DNA of 36,520 nucleotides from Candidatus Heimdallarchaeota archaeon (GCA_021399345.1 JAAFKI010000023.1:1-36520), one strand, 5' to 3'; numbered from the stretch's first letter, positions 1 through 9,409 are shown. Numbers and translations: made by a program. The notes: a model not told the origin generated them from the sequence alone.

Positions 1-106
1 TACCCCGCCCACATCTTCATACAAAGATGCTTACGGTTCGCTTTTGGATGGTTGTTGGATGTAGACCCGAGGATCACCGTGAAACGGTGCATATCTACAA
101 TCCTTC
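1..106 (-). ncRNA. 5' part of a structured non-coding transcript (rRNA precursor leader or other stable RNA), continues off the left edge
   Basis: GC-richer than the flanks. Minus-strand TTTATATA box at 128-135 lies about 25 nt upstream of a stem GGAU(U)GUAGA/UCUACAUCC (103-94/65-57), which encloses a CACCGU/ACGGUG hairpin (75-89). A second hairpin at 11-30 closes with G-U pairs only on the minus strand. No credible ORF. Confidence 0.5.
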
Positions 107-127
107 ATAGTAGAATCTACGCCACAC

Positions 128-135
128 TATATAAA
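128..135 (-). promoter_or_regulatory. Archaeal TATA box for the leftward structured RNA
   Basis: TTTATATA on the minus strand at the expected distance from the first stem of the structured element. Confidence 0.45.
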
Positions 136-184
136 CACCAAAAAATGTACAAAAAGTTTCTTATAAATTGGCAAGTAGTTTTAA

Positions 185-526
185 ATGAGCTCCAGTTCAA
201 TAAATCGCGAATGTACGCTAACCTGTCGATCCTTTTTTTGTAGTAATAAAATGCTGAGGATTGTTAAAAAGAACGGGCAGAAAACCTTCTTCTGCGCCAT
301 GGATGATGATTCTGAATGTTTAGGGTACATGTGTAATTACGCTGAATGTCGAGAAAGAAAAATGGGTGATTCTGGATTGTACCTCAAACCAATGAAAACT
401 CAACACAGAAGTCAACCCCAAAAACCTAAACGGGACCAATATTCTGAGTATGACTATGTTGCTCCAAAAGACTTAGATGACAAAATTAGAAAAAACTATC
501 TAAAAATTACAAAATATGATGGATAA
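185..526 (+). CDS. Cys-rich hypothetical protein (putative metal-binding)
   Basis: 113 aa with seven patterned Cys (CTLTC..FFC, FFC..ECLGYMCNYAEC); codirectional with the next gene. Confidence 0.65.
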   Translation: MSSSSINRECTLTCRSFFCSNKMLRIVKKNGQKTFFCAMDDDSECLGYMCNYAECRERKMGDSGLYLKPMKTQHRSQPQKPKRDQYSEYDYVAPKDLDDKIRKNYLKITKYDG

Positions 527-579
527 CAGCAGTAGATTTTAATATCTGAAAAATCACATATTTGAATAGAATAATTGAG

Positions 580-1371
580 ATGAATTTTATGTTTTCACCA
601 AGTTCCAGCACTGGAGAAAAGAAATTATTTACTTTTGGTATTCCCACTCTAGATGAAATCCTAGGTGGTGGAATTCCTGCGGGTTCTAATGTTCTTATTG
701 AAGACGAAATAGGCGCAGAAGCAGATCCTTTTGTTCTTAACTTTCTGTCAGAAGGTCTAAGATCAGGCGAGTATGGGTACATTTTTTCAACAGAACATCC
801 ATATGAATATTACAACGAGATTATGACAGGAATAGGTGTGAATCCTGATATGTTGGATGCTACTGGAAGATTAAAATTTATTGATGCTTTTAGTAATCCA
901 TTTGGTTATACAGATATCAAAACTACCCATGAATATGCAGTTAATGATTTAGGTAAGCCTAGAGAGATAAACGAGACTATAAGAAGATCGTTTTTGCATG
1001 TACAGAATCAACAGGTGTTAAAACGAGGAATAGTTGTTTCCTTATCTTCGATTATTTATGCAGCTGATGAAAGTAAAAATGTTATATTTTCCTTCTTACA
1101 AAACAGATTAGCAGCAAACAAAAAGGAAGGATCAGTAACTGTCTTTACTCTACATTATGATGCTCATGAACCTCTCCTAGTACGAGCGATTGAACATAAT
1201 TGCGATGTAACAATCAGGGTTTCCAAATCAAGAACTAAGGCAGATAGACCAATTACAGAGGTTAAAGTGATTAATGTGAAAGGTAAACCTGAATTAGCTG
1301 GAGAACCAATTTTCTTCGAGTTTATTGGCGGAAAAATACTGCCTTATTATGAAGAAGAAGAGACGTTCTAA
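580..1371 (+). CDS. KaiC/RAD55 RecA-superfamily protein with degenerate Walker A (Elp4-like)
   Basis: N-terminal TFGIPTLDEILGGGIPAGSNVLI is typical of KaiC/RadA, but GxxxxGKT is replaced by EDEIGAEAD and Walker B reads GIVVSLS. Confidence 0.8.
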   Translation: MNFMFSPSSSTGEKKLFTFGIPTLDEILGGGIPAGSNVLIEDEIGAEADPFVLNFLSEGLRSGEYGYIFSTEHPYEYYNEIMTGIGVNPDMLDATGRLKFIDAFSNPFGYTDIKTTHEYAVNDLGKPREINETIRRSFLHVQNQQVLKRGIVVSLSSIIYAADESKNVIFSFLQNRLAANKKEGSVTVFTLHYDAHEPLLVRAIEHNCDVTIRVSKSRTKADRPITEVKVINVKGKPELAGEPIFFEFIGGKILPYYEEEETF

Positions 1372-1931
1372 AACAATTGAAATTCATCTCTAATCTTTTT
1401 TGCAACAATTTCAGCTGCTAAATGAGTGTTGTTTATTTTGAGATAATTTTCGTTGTAATAAAAATCTCCACTTGTATTCATGACGTACTTCTTTTCCATC
1501 TCAAGTAATCTCTTCTCTGATAGTTCAATGTCTTGTTTAGATGGTTTCTCAGCCAATCTATCTATAGTTTTATTTCTGCGTAATCTTTCCTCTAGTTCAC
1601 AGAATAGTTCTACAAAATAAATTCTTCTTCCCTGTTCTTTGAAAATATCGCAGTATTTGTCAACAACTGCTTTATCCTTTTCATCATCAACTGCCCAAAC
1701 ATACGTAAAAATTAGTCCAGGTAAATTACTTAAGGCAACTTCTTCAATTATTCTTTGTCGAAATTCACTATTTAATTTGGAAAAGTGAGGGGAATCAAAT
1801 TCAAAGAATTGAAGGAATAGTTCAATAGAGATGTGGTTATGGAGAAGCTTAAAACCAGTTAACTCTGCTAGTTTTCTACCTGCAGTCATTTTTCCTGAAG
1901 CTGGGGGACCGAAAATAATGATTAAACTCAC
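1368..1931 (-). CDS. P-loop nucleotide/shikimate-kinase-like protein (AAA_33-like)
   Basis: LIIIFGPPASGKMT Walker A and ERLRRN lid motif; GTG start at 1931 preferred over the TTG at 1970. Confidence 0.8.
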   Translation of the reverse strand: MSLIIIFGPPASGKMTAGRKLAELTGFKLLHNHISIELFLQFFEFDSPHFSKLNSEFRQRIIEEVALSNLPGLIFTYVWAVDDEKDKAVVDKYCDIFKEQGRRIYFVELFCELEERLRRNKTIDRLAEKPSKQDIELSEKRLLEMEKKYVMNTSGDFYYNENYLKINNTHLAAEIVAKKIRDEFQLF

Positions 1932-2032
1932 AAGAACATGACTATTCGGGTTATTAAATACCTTTTGCAAAAAAACTACTAGCTACAACTTTCGGTAGAT
2001 TTAAGTAAGAACTTCAATGTGTTAATTCAGTG

Positions 2033-2590
2033 ATGACAGTGCTATTTGACTACCTGTTCAAGACAATAATTGTCGGTTCTCCAGGTGTGGGAAAAACTTC
2101 GATTACGCTAAGGTTTGCCACTGGAACTTTTAGAGAAAGATATTTACCAACAATAGGTGTAGAATTTTCTGTAAAAGATATTGAGGTCCAAGGAAAACAA
2201 GTAAAATTGCAAACATGGGATACTGGAAGTCATGATCGATTTTCATATGTTAGACCCCTCTACTATAAGGGGAGTTATGGAGTTTTAGTTGTTTTTGATA
2301 TTGCGAGCAAAGAATCTTTTGAAAATCTTGATAAATGGTTTGAAGAAGTATATTCAAATTGCGAAGAGATTATCCCTGCTATTTTGATAGGTAATAAAGC
2401 AGATATTGAAGCAGATCGCCAAGTTAGCAAAGAAGAAGCTTTAGCCTATGCTGAGAAGAAAAGAGCGTTTTATGAATTACATGAAATACCCTACTTTGAG
2501 GTTTCTGCTAAATCTGGTCAAAATATTAATGATATATATTATCGGCTTACTGATATGATGATTGAAAAATCTATCGAAGCAGAAGAGTGA
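2033..2590 (+). CDS. Rab-like small GTPase (Ras superfamily)
   Basis: G1 GSPGVGKTS, switch I YLPTIGVEF, VKLQTWDT, YYKG, G4 GNKAD, G5 EVSAK; no C-terminal Cys. Confidence 0.93.
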   Translation: MTVLFDYLFKTIIVGSPGVGKTSITLRFATGTFRERYLPTIGVEFSVKDIEVQGKQVKLQTWDTGSHDRFSYVRPLYYKGSYGVLVVFDIASKESFENLDKWFEEVYSNCEEIIPAILIGNKADIEADRQVSKEEALAYAEKKRAFYELHEIPYFEVSAKSGQNINDIYYRLTDMMIEKSIEAEE

Positions 2591-2820
2591 CTTTAACTTC
2601 CATTTGCTTGTTTTTAATATTTTTAACATCCAGTTTTATGAAATTATATTTGTTTAATTTTTGTTATTATTTGCCTGTAAAACAAAACAGTCTTTATATA
2701 AATGTCAAAGCAATGGCTGTTTTATGATACTGGCAGGATGGATACATATCATAAACTTTAATTTACACGTATTTTTCGTCCAGTATAGGAGATATGTTTC
2801 TTGTTTAAAGGGTGAAAAAT

Positions 2821-3375
2821 TTGGCTGAAATCACTGATGTAAGAATTAATGGTCGAGGTGGACAAGGAGCGGTTACTGCATCCAGATTACTAGCTGAAGC
2901 TGCTATCATTGAAGGACAATATGTGCATGCTTTTCCAAATTTTGGTCCAGAAAGAGCTGGAGCTCCAGTAACATCTTTTGCTCGAATTTCACCAGAACCT
3001 TTTTACGAAAAAACTGAAGTCTATGAACCTCATATTGTGGTTGTCATAGACCCAACATTATTAGATGATGTTCCCGTAGTTGAAGGATTAAGAGATGGGG
3101 GGACAATTGTAGTGAATTATGATGGGGAAAAAGATTCACTTGTTAAATATTTTGAGGGAGTTCATGCAAACATCTACAAGGTAGCGGGATCAATTATTGC
3201 AACAGAGGAAATCGGGAGAAATGTTCCTAATTTGGTAATGTTAGGAGCGTTAATCAAAGTTACAAAATTGGTGGAAATAGAGAGCTTAAAGAAAGTTACT
3301 CTCAACAGATTCAAAGGTGTTTTGGGTGAGAAAAATGTTGTTGCTATTAATCGAGCATTCGAAGAGGTGGAATAA
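2821..3375 (+). CDS. porG: Pyruvate/2-oxoacid:ferredoxin oxidoreductase gamma subunit
   Basis: GRGGQGAVT and FGPERAGAPV motifs; GGTGA SD before the TTG at 2821; first gene of the operon. Confidence 0.93.
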   Translation: MAEITDVRINGRGGQGAVTASRLLAEAAIIEGQYVHAFPNFGPERAGAPVTSFARISPEPFYEKTEVYEPHIVVVIDPTLLDDVPVVEGLRDGGTIVVNYDGEKDSLVKYFEGVHANIYKVAGSIIATEEIGRNVPNLVMLGALIKVTKLVEIESLKKVTLNRFKGVLGEKNVVAINRAFEEVE

Positions 3376-3692
3376 TGACAAAAGAAGCTCCAGACGAATT
3401 TTCTAGATGGACTAAAGAAAAATGGGGCGCATCCCAACTCCCAATAGGGGGAACAGTTCCTTACCATACAGCTTATGGGTATAAGACAGGAGATTGGTCT
3501 GCGTTTAAAGCCATCATAGATAAAGAAAAATGTATTAGTTGTATGAATTGTTATTACTATTGCCCGGATTCAGCAATAATTATGGATGGTGACTTAAAGG
3601 CTGAATGTGACATGGATTTCTGTAAGGGCTGTGGAATCTGTAGTAAACATTGCCCAGCTGATGCTATCGAAATGAGGAGGGTTACAAGATGA
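3375..3692 (+). CDS. porD: Pyruvate/2-oxoacid:ferredoxin oxidoreductase delta subunit (2x[4Fe-4S])
   Basis: KTGDW plus CISCMNCYYYCPD and CKGCGICSKHCP ferredoxin motifs; TAATG coupling to porG. Confidence 0.93.
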   Translation: MTKEAPDEFSRWTKEKWGASQLPIGGTVPYHTAYGYKTGDWSAFKAIIDKEKCISCMNCYYYCPDSAIIMDGDLKAECDMDFCKGCGICSKHCPADAIEMRRVTR

Positions 3693-4876
3693 GTGGAGTA
3701 AGACAAGTAGTAGGAATGACAGGAGATGAAGCTGTAGCTCATGCGGTTAAACTTGTAAATCCTGATGTTGTAGCAGCGTATCCCATAACTCCGCAGACAA
3801 TAATCGTTGAAAGATACAGTGATTTCGTTAATAATGGCGAGGTAGATACAAGTTTCATATCTGTTGAATCAGAACATAGTGCAATGTCAGCATGTGTAGG
3901 TGCCTCATTAACTGGTGCAAGAGTTTTTACAGCAACTGCATCAGCTGGTCTTGCTCTTATGTATGAAATTTTATATGTTGCTTCAGGAATGCGATGTCCG
4001 ATAGTTCTAGCTGTAGCGAATAGAGCTTTTTCAGCACCAATCAATATTCATGGAGAATGTACAGATCAACTCGTTTGTAGAGATGCATCATGGGTTTCTC
4101 TGTTTGGTGAATCAGCACAAGAAGCATATGATGAAACGATACTCTCATTCAAAATAGCAGAACATCCTGATGTCATGTTACCAGCAATGTTTGGTATTGA
4201 AGGTTTTATTGTTACACACGCATTAGAAAGAGTCGAAACTCTAAGTAAACAACAAGTAGAAGACTTTATTCCAGCTTCAAGAATAGTAAGAGATAGATTT
4301 TGTCCTGATGAAAATAAAACCTTCGGGTCATTAGTTTTACAAGATTATTATATGGAAATAAAAAGGCAACAAGAAGAAGCAATGCAAAATGCATACAAAG
4401 TAACGGAGGATGCTATGCAAGAGTTTAGTGAAATGTCAGGAAGAAAAATGGAAATAATAGAAAAATATCAACTGGAAGATGCAGATTATGCCTTTGTATC
4501 ATATGGAGCTACTGCAGGAAATGCTAAAGCTGTCGTTGATCGCTTAAGGGCAAAAGGAGAAAAAGTAGGAGCTCTCAAAATTAGACTGTTCAGACCATTT
4601 CCATCTATGGATATATTTCAGGCGCTAAGTGGAATAAAAGCTGCAACTATATTAGATAGATCAGCAACATTTGGGTCACCTGGAACAATAGTTCAAACTG
4701 ATATTGCATCAGCTTTGTATGGAAAAGAAAATGTTCCATCACTACACGGATACATAAATGGACTAGGGGGAAGAGTTTTGACTCTACCAGAAATCGAAGA
4801 AGTTTACGAAATGTCAAAAGAGTACAATAATATTGGAATGACTTCAACAACTGATTGGGTAGGATATAGGAAGTGA
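3689..4876 (+). CDS. porA: Pyruvate/2-oxoacid:ferredoxin oxidoreductase alpha subunit
   Basis: AAYPITPQT, VESEHSAM, TATASAGL, NRAFSAPINIH; ATGA coupling to porD. Confidence 0.95.
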   Translation: MSGVRQVVGMTGDEAVAHAVKLVNPDVVAAYPITPQTIIVERYSDFVNNGEVDTSFISVESEHSAMSACVGASLTGARVFTATASAGLALMYEILYVASGMRCPIVLAVANRAFSAPINIHGECTDQLVCRDASWVSLFGESAQEAYDETILSFKIAEHPDVMLPAMFGIEGFIVTHALERVETLSKQQVEDFIPASRIVRDRFCPDENKTFGSLVLQDYYMEIKRQQEEAMQNAYKVTEDAMQEFSEMSGRKMEIIEKYQLEDADYAFVSYGATAGNAKAVVDRLRAKGEKVGALKIRLFRPFPSMDIFQALSGIKAATILDRSATFGSPGTIVQTDIASALYGKENVPSLHGYINGLGGRVLTLPEIEEVYEMSKEYNNIGMTSTTDWVGYRK

Positions 4877-4883
4877 AGAAAAG

Positions 4884-5864
4884 ATGTCGATAGTATTACC
4901 AAAAGTATCTGTAAAAGATCTACAAGAGTGGTCAAAGCTAGGTGAAGTATTCACATCTGGACACAGATTATGCGCAGGATGTGGAGCAGGAGCAATGGCA
5001 AGACAAGTAACCTTAGCTGCTAAAGCTTTAGGGGACCCATACATGTTTGTAAATGCAACTGGATGTTTAGAAGTAGCTTCCACAGTTTATCCATACACAG
5101 CGTGGGACGCACCATGGTTACATAATGCATTTGAAAATGCTGCAGCAACAGCTTCTGGAGCAATAGAAGCTATGAAATCAATGCAAAGAAAAGGATTAAT
5201 GAAAGAGCGCAATGTTAACATGATTGTATTCGGCGGCGATGGTGGGACATATGATATTGGCCTCCAGAGCCTTTCTGGAGCGGTAGAACGAGGCCATGAC
5301 TTTCTTTATGTATGTTATTCGAATGGAGCTTATATGAATACAGGAATCCAACGTTCAGGGGGTACTCCTCAAGGAGCTGCAACAACAACAAGCCCGCCTG
5401 GAACTGTTATTCCGGGTAAAATAGAATGGCAAAAACCTCTCGCTGAGATTATGGCTGCACATGATATACCCACTTTTACTGCAAGTCCTGCTTATCCAAG
5501 AGATCTTATGGCTAAAGTGCAAGCAGGTCTGAAACATGATGGTCCTGCTTTTATGTTGGTGGACTCACCATGTAATCTAGGGCAAAGGTACGCTCCAGAT
5601 ATTTCTATGGAAATTGCAAAATTAGCTGTGAAAACCTGTTTCTTTCCATTGTTTTACACTTATAAAGAAGAGTGGACTTTAACCGGAATTTCTTCTAGAT
5701 TAGCAAAAAATCCAGATAGAAAGCTACCAATTGAAGATTACTTAAAACCTCAAGGAAGATTCCGACATCTATTCAAACCAGAATGGAAGAAGAAATTGAT
5801 TGATATTCAGGATACTGTCGATGAAAAATGGGAAAGGCTTGTAAAAAAAGCTACTTGTGTTTAG
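4884..5864 (+). CDS. porB: Pyruvate/2-oxoacid:ferredoxin oxidoreductase beta subunit (TPP-binding)
   Basis: GHRLCAGCG, NATGCLEV, GGDGGTYDIG, YMNTGIQRS, YLKPQGRFRHL. Confidence 0.95.
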   Translation: MSIVLPKVSVKDLQEWSKLGEVFTSGHRLCAGCGAGAMARQVTLAAKALGDPYMFVNATGCLEVASTVYPYTAWDAPWLHNAFENAAATASGAIEAMKSMQRKGLMKERNVNMIVFGGDGGTYDIGLQSLSGAVERGHDFLYVCYSNGAYMNTGIQRSGGTPQGAATTTSPPGTVIPGKIEWQKPLAEIMAAHDIPTFTASPAYPRDLMAKVQAGLKHDGPAFMLVDSPCNLGQRYAPDISMEIAKLAVKTCFFPLFYTYKEEWTLTGISSRLAKNPDRKLPIEDYLKPQGRFRHLFKPEWKKKLIDIQDTVDEKWERLVKKATCV

Positions 5865-7308
5865 AATTTTTCTTTTCTTTTCTCTTTTCCCTTTTCTTAA
5901 ATCTATTTTCCTTTATTTCTTTTAGTTGAATTTTAATATAATCAAAAAGATCTTTGTAATTCTTTTTTCTGTAAAAAGCTGTGTGTAGGGGGATATCAAA
6001 AGTGACAACCATGGTTAGCATCATAAGAATAGTATAGAAAATGTGTAACCATTTGACTTTAACTATGATCCATATACTAAGTAAAGAAATCCATCCCGTG
6101 AATACTACAAAAAGCCCCAACCCTACCCATTTTTTATCAAAATCCTGAGCACGTGAAGCTAAAGCAAGTATAACGAAAGGAATAAAGAATGAATCATAAT
6201 ACTTGTAGTTACCTCTAGAGAGAAAAACATGGACACCTATGATAAACATCGCTTGAAAAGATATGAACGAACTCTCTTTCTTTTGAAAATGGTTTGCTTT
6301 GAGAAGAATTGTAAAATAGCTGAGAATTAGGAATAAAAGCAAGGGAACATATGCCATATTGAGATAATAATAGACTTTTGCTAATCCTTCCATCTCCCAA
6401 AATAATAGCGCATGAAAAGGCGTGGTTGACCATGTTTTATATGTGGATGAAATAGAGAATATAGTATTATACGTTCCTCCAGGCCATACTTGTAACCAAA
6501 CATAACTGAAAGGTTTGATTAATATCCAAGGAAATGAAAGAAGGAAAAAGAAGATTATTAAATAGGTTAGATATTTAAGAGCAATTCTTCTATCGAGTCT
6601 GAAGAGATAGAGAAACCAGAGAGGAACTAAAAATAGAGAATTAAGTTTAGTAAGAACTGATAATACAATAAAGAAAGCTGAAAGTTTGTATTTAGATTTC
6701 TGTAAATAATAAAAAGAGATGACAGCAAAAGTAGTGAACATATATGAATTAAGAAATATAAAATCATTGTAGAATAAAACCAAAGGCATGAAAATGAATA
6801 TGACAGCTGCAAAGAGAGAGTAGAACTGATTTAGCTTATTTCTTTTGCCATTTTGTGGTTTCTTTAATAATATAAGATAGATGAAAACTGTAGTGATAGA
6901 ATCAAAGATCAGAGGAGTAAAAGTAACGGCCATCCAAGCTCTGTCTAGACGAGGTAATCCAGGATAGAAAATATCAATGAAATAGGAAATAATTACTAAG
7001 AAGAAAACAAAATAAGGGCCATAAACATAGTCAGTAAGTGGAAATTCTCTATCGAAAGCATAAGGATTCCAAGATTCATATTTGAATGCATAAAGAAAAT
7101 GCTGATAATAAACTTCAGGATCATTATAGACTTCCCATTGATAGCCTTCAAGAGAAAAATAAGTACTAGTGTCGTAGTGAGACGAAAACCAAGTACGAAG
7201 AGCTATTCGAATAAAAACAGAAGTGAGAAAAAGAATAAGACAAATGCCAATCTGGATAAGAAGGTCGTAATTGTTGGTTTTTAGTCGAGTAGTAACTTTT
7301 TCAAGCAT
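5851..7308 (-). CDS. Multi-pass GT-C fold membrane glycosyltransferase (GT87/PIG-M-like)
   Basis: About 11-12 hydrophobic segments, luminal loop with ND..YY and NPY...YVYGP, SVLTKLNSLFLVP motif; ATG at 7308 or TTG at 7341. Confidence 0.65.
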   Translation of the reverse strand: MLEKVTTRLKTNNYDLLIQIGICLILFLTSVFIRIALRTWFSSHYDTSTYFSLEGYQWEVYNDPEVYYQHFLYAFKYESWNPYAFDREFPLTDYVYGPYFVFFLVIISYFIDIFYPGLPRLDRAWMAVTFTPLIFDSITTVFIYLILLKKPQNGKRNKLNQFYSLFAAVIFIFMPLVLFYNDFIFLNSYMFTTFAVISFYYLQKSKYKLSAFFIVLSVLTKLNSLFLVPLWFLYLFRLDRRIALKYLTYLIIFFFLLSFPWILIKPFSYVWLQVWPGGTYNTIFSISSTYKTWSTTPFHALLFWEMEGLAKVYYYLNMAYVPLLLFLILSYFTILLKANHFQKKESSFISFQAMFIIGVHVFLSRGNYKYYDSFFIPFVILALASRAQDFDKKWVGLGLFVVFTGWISLLSIWIIVKVKWLHIFYTILMMLTMVVTFDIPLHTAFYRKKNYKDLFDYIKIQLKEIKENRFKKREKRKEKKNSKHK

Positions 7309-7577
7309 TCTTAGCTCTGGCACAGAATAAAATTTCCTCAAGAATTGTTAAAGTTTACCTAGTCAAGTGAATGGTATAAAAACACTAAGAAAATATAGTG
7401 ACATGCAATCTAACTGCAACTTTTTTCGGCATTCTTAAAGGAAATTATTGGTTTACTTTATTGACTGGCTCATTAACATCCTAGTGGTAGGAGCTTCAAC
7501 ACCGGATAAGGGAGGTTGAGGGAAGCTTCTTAGTAGATAGTTTTATATTTGTCAATCTGTGATATTTTAGATATTAG

Positions 7578-9392
7578 ATGATAAGCCCCAATCGAGCAAA
7601 GAAACAAACTGGAGCTTTTTACACTCCAAGTTTTATTGTTGATTTCATGGTAGAGAGGGTTTTTTATCATCTTAAAACAAATAATCTGCTTGCTTTTGAT
7701 TCATTCAGAGATTTTCAAAGTTCAATTCTTAAACTTAGATTTTGTGATCCTGCAATTGGTTCTGGAAATTTTATTGTTGGACTACTTAACAAATTAAACT
7801 CCATACTCATAGGATTCGATTCAGTAGATAATGAAGAGAAAAATGAGTTTTTTCATCATTTTGCATCTTCAAATATTTATGGAATAGAATTGGATCAAGG
7901 TAGTTTAGATACATGTAAAAATATCCTGAAAGAGCAGTATTCTTTGCTAAAGAACAGTGATTTCCCAAATCTAAAATGTGGTAATAGTATAGTGAGTTTA
8001 GATGCTTTTGATATTCTGGGTATGAAAAAAGCAAAGAAACTCAATCCCTTCTCTTGGAAAGATAATTTTGGAGAAAACAATAAATTTGATGTTATAATTG
8101 GAAATCCTCCTTATTTCAATCTAAAAAAAATGGTTTTGGTTGATGAAGATGCTCAGATTTTGTATGATTATTTGAAATCTTCGCATTTGTGGAAGAATTT
8201 CTTTCGTTCTTCTTCTGATATTTATTATTATTTTGTGAAACAATCTATTGATATGTTGAATGTGGGAGGTATTTTTTCATTCATCATTCCTAATTACTGG
8301 ATTGAAAACAAATACGCAGACAAACTTAGGGAAGATCTCCTAAAAAGGAATATCTTAGAAATTATAGATTTAGAAGGCAATAAGATTTTCAAAGATGAGG
8401 GAAAATGGTTAAACATTTCCACTTGTATTTTAACATTAGAAGAAAGTCGTCCTTCTCAAACTTTCCCAGCAGTAAAAAATTTCTTTATTGAGTCAACCGT
8501 TCAAAAAGAAAAAATTAATGAACTTTTCAATGAACAATTATTTCCAAATAAACAATCTTACTTAGGGAAAGAGAAATGGATAATATCCCCTTATAATGAG
8601 TACTTACGTAGTCTAGAAACTAATACTTCAATGGAAAAACTAGGCAACATCTCAAAAGTTTTTCAAGGTTTATCTCCAGGTGTAAAAGATATATTTGTAA
8701 TTCCGAAATCCAAAGTTACACAACATTCAATTGAATCAGATGTACTTGTTCCCTTTGTAACAAATAGTGATGTGCAAAAGTGGTTTATTAGGGAGAAAGT
8801 AGAAAAACAAGCCATTTTACCATCAAAGATTGATTCACTAGAGAACTATCCAAACACAAACAAATATCTGCTAAGTAATAAAGAGAGATTAAAATCTGGA
8901 CCAGATAGGCAAAAATTAATGAAATCAGGACAAATTAGATGGTTTGATTATAGCGTATATAGAAATTTAGACCTGTTTCTGTCCAAGGAAAAGAGAATTC
9001 TTTGCCCTTATAGAAGTCTAACAACAAAATTTGCTCTTGATGAGAATGGGTCATTTGCTGCAACAGATATTTATGCGATTATTCCCGTTGAAAGTACAGA
9101 TATATATTCAATTCTAGGGATTCTAAATAGTGAATTCATCAACTTCTGGTATTCATTAGCAGGTAAAAGAAAAGGTAGAATGCTGGAATTTTTTTCCAAT
9201 CCTTTGAAGAAAATACCCATTCCTAGGTTTGAAATAAGAGATGTGATAACTCCCTTGGTTAAAGAATTATTGAAGATAGTCGAGAAATCTGATGAGAGTG
9301 ATGATGACGAAGTGAAAGTAATTGAAGACAAATTAAACTTTGAAATATCTAAAATGTATGATTTTGATTTTAGAAAATTAGGTCTTAAATAG
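7578..9392 (+). CDS. N6-adenine DNA methyltransferase (Eco57I/TaqI-like, with C-terminal target recognition domain)
   Basis: Motif X GAFYTP, motif I DPAIGSGNF, motif IV IIGNPPY, DIYYYF, C-terminal ILGILNS...LKKIPIP. Confidence 0.9.
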   Translation: MISPNRAKKQTGAFYTPSFIVDFMVERVFYHLKTNNLLAFDSFRDFQSSILKLRFCDPAIGSGNFIVGLLNKLNSILIGFDSVDNEEKNEFFHHFASSNIYGIELDQGSLDTCKNILKEQYSLLKNSDFPNLKCGNSIVSLDAFDILGMKKAKKLNPFSWKDNFGENNKFDVIIGNPPYFNLKKMVLVDEDAQILYDYLKSSHLWKNFFRSSSDIYYYFVKQSIDMLNVGGIFSFIIPNYWIENKYADKLREDLLKRNILEIIDLEGNKIFKDEGKWLNISTCILTLEESRPSQTFPAVKNFFIESTVQKEKINELFNEQLFPNKQSYLGKEKWIISPYNEYLRSLETNTSMEKLGNISKVFQGLSPGVKDIFVIPKSKVTQHSIESDVLVPFVTNSDVQKWFIREKVEKQAILPSKIDSLENYPNTNKYLLSNKERLKSGPDRQKLMKSGQIRWFDYSVYRNLDLFLSKEKRILCPYRSLTTKFALDENGSFAATDIYAIIPVESTDIYSILGILNSEFINFWYSLAGKRKGRMLEFFSNPLKKIPIPRFEIRDVITPLVKELLKIVEKSDESDDDEVKVIEDKLNFEISKMYDFDFRKLGLK

Positions 9393-9409
9393 CGTTATTA
9401 AGGATATTT

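Noticed and set aside
1-15. Possible tRNA 5' end (GGGCGGGGTA on the minus strand)
   Set aside because: Too little sequence inside the window to see a cloverleaf.
52-243. 63-aa ORF in the track
   Set aside because: Overlaps the structured minus-strand RNA, its promoter and the next gene; no protein motifs.
3174-5537. Several minus-strand ORFs within the por operon
   Set aside because: Antisense shadows of well-supported genes; the same applies to the other short nested or antisense ORFs in the track.
7466-7530. Resemblance to a twister ribozyme or TPP riboswitch (UAACA...CCGGAUAA...GGAGG)
   Set aside because: Conserved core nucleotides and pairings of either family could not be fitted; kept only as an unassigned structure.
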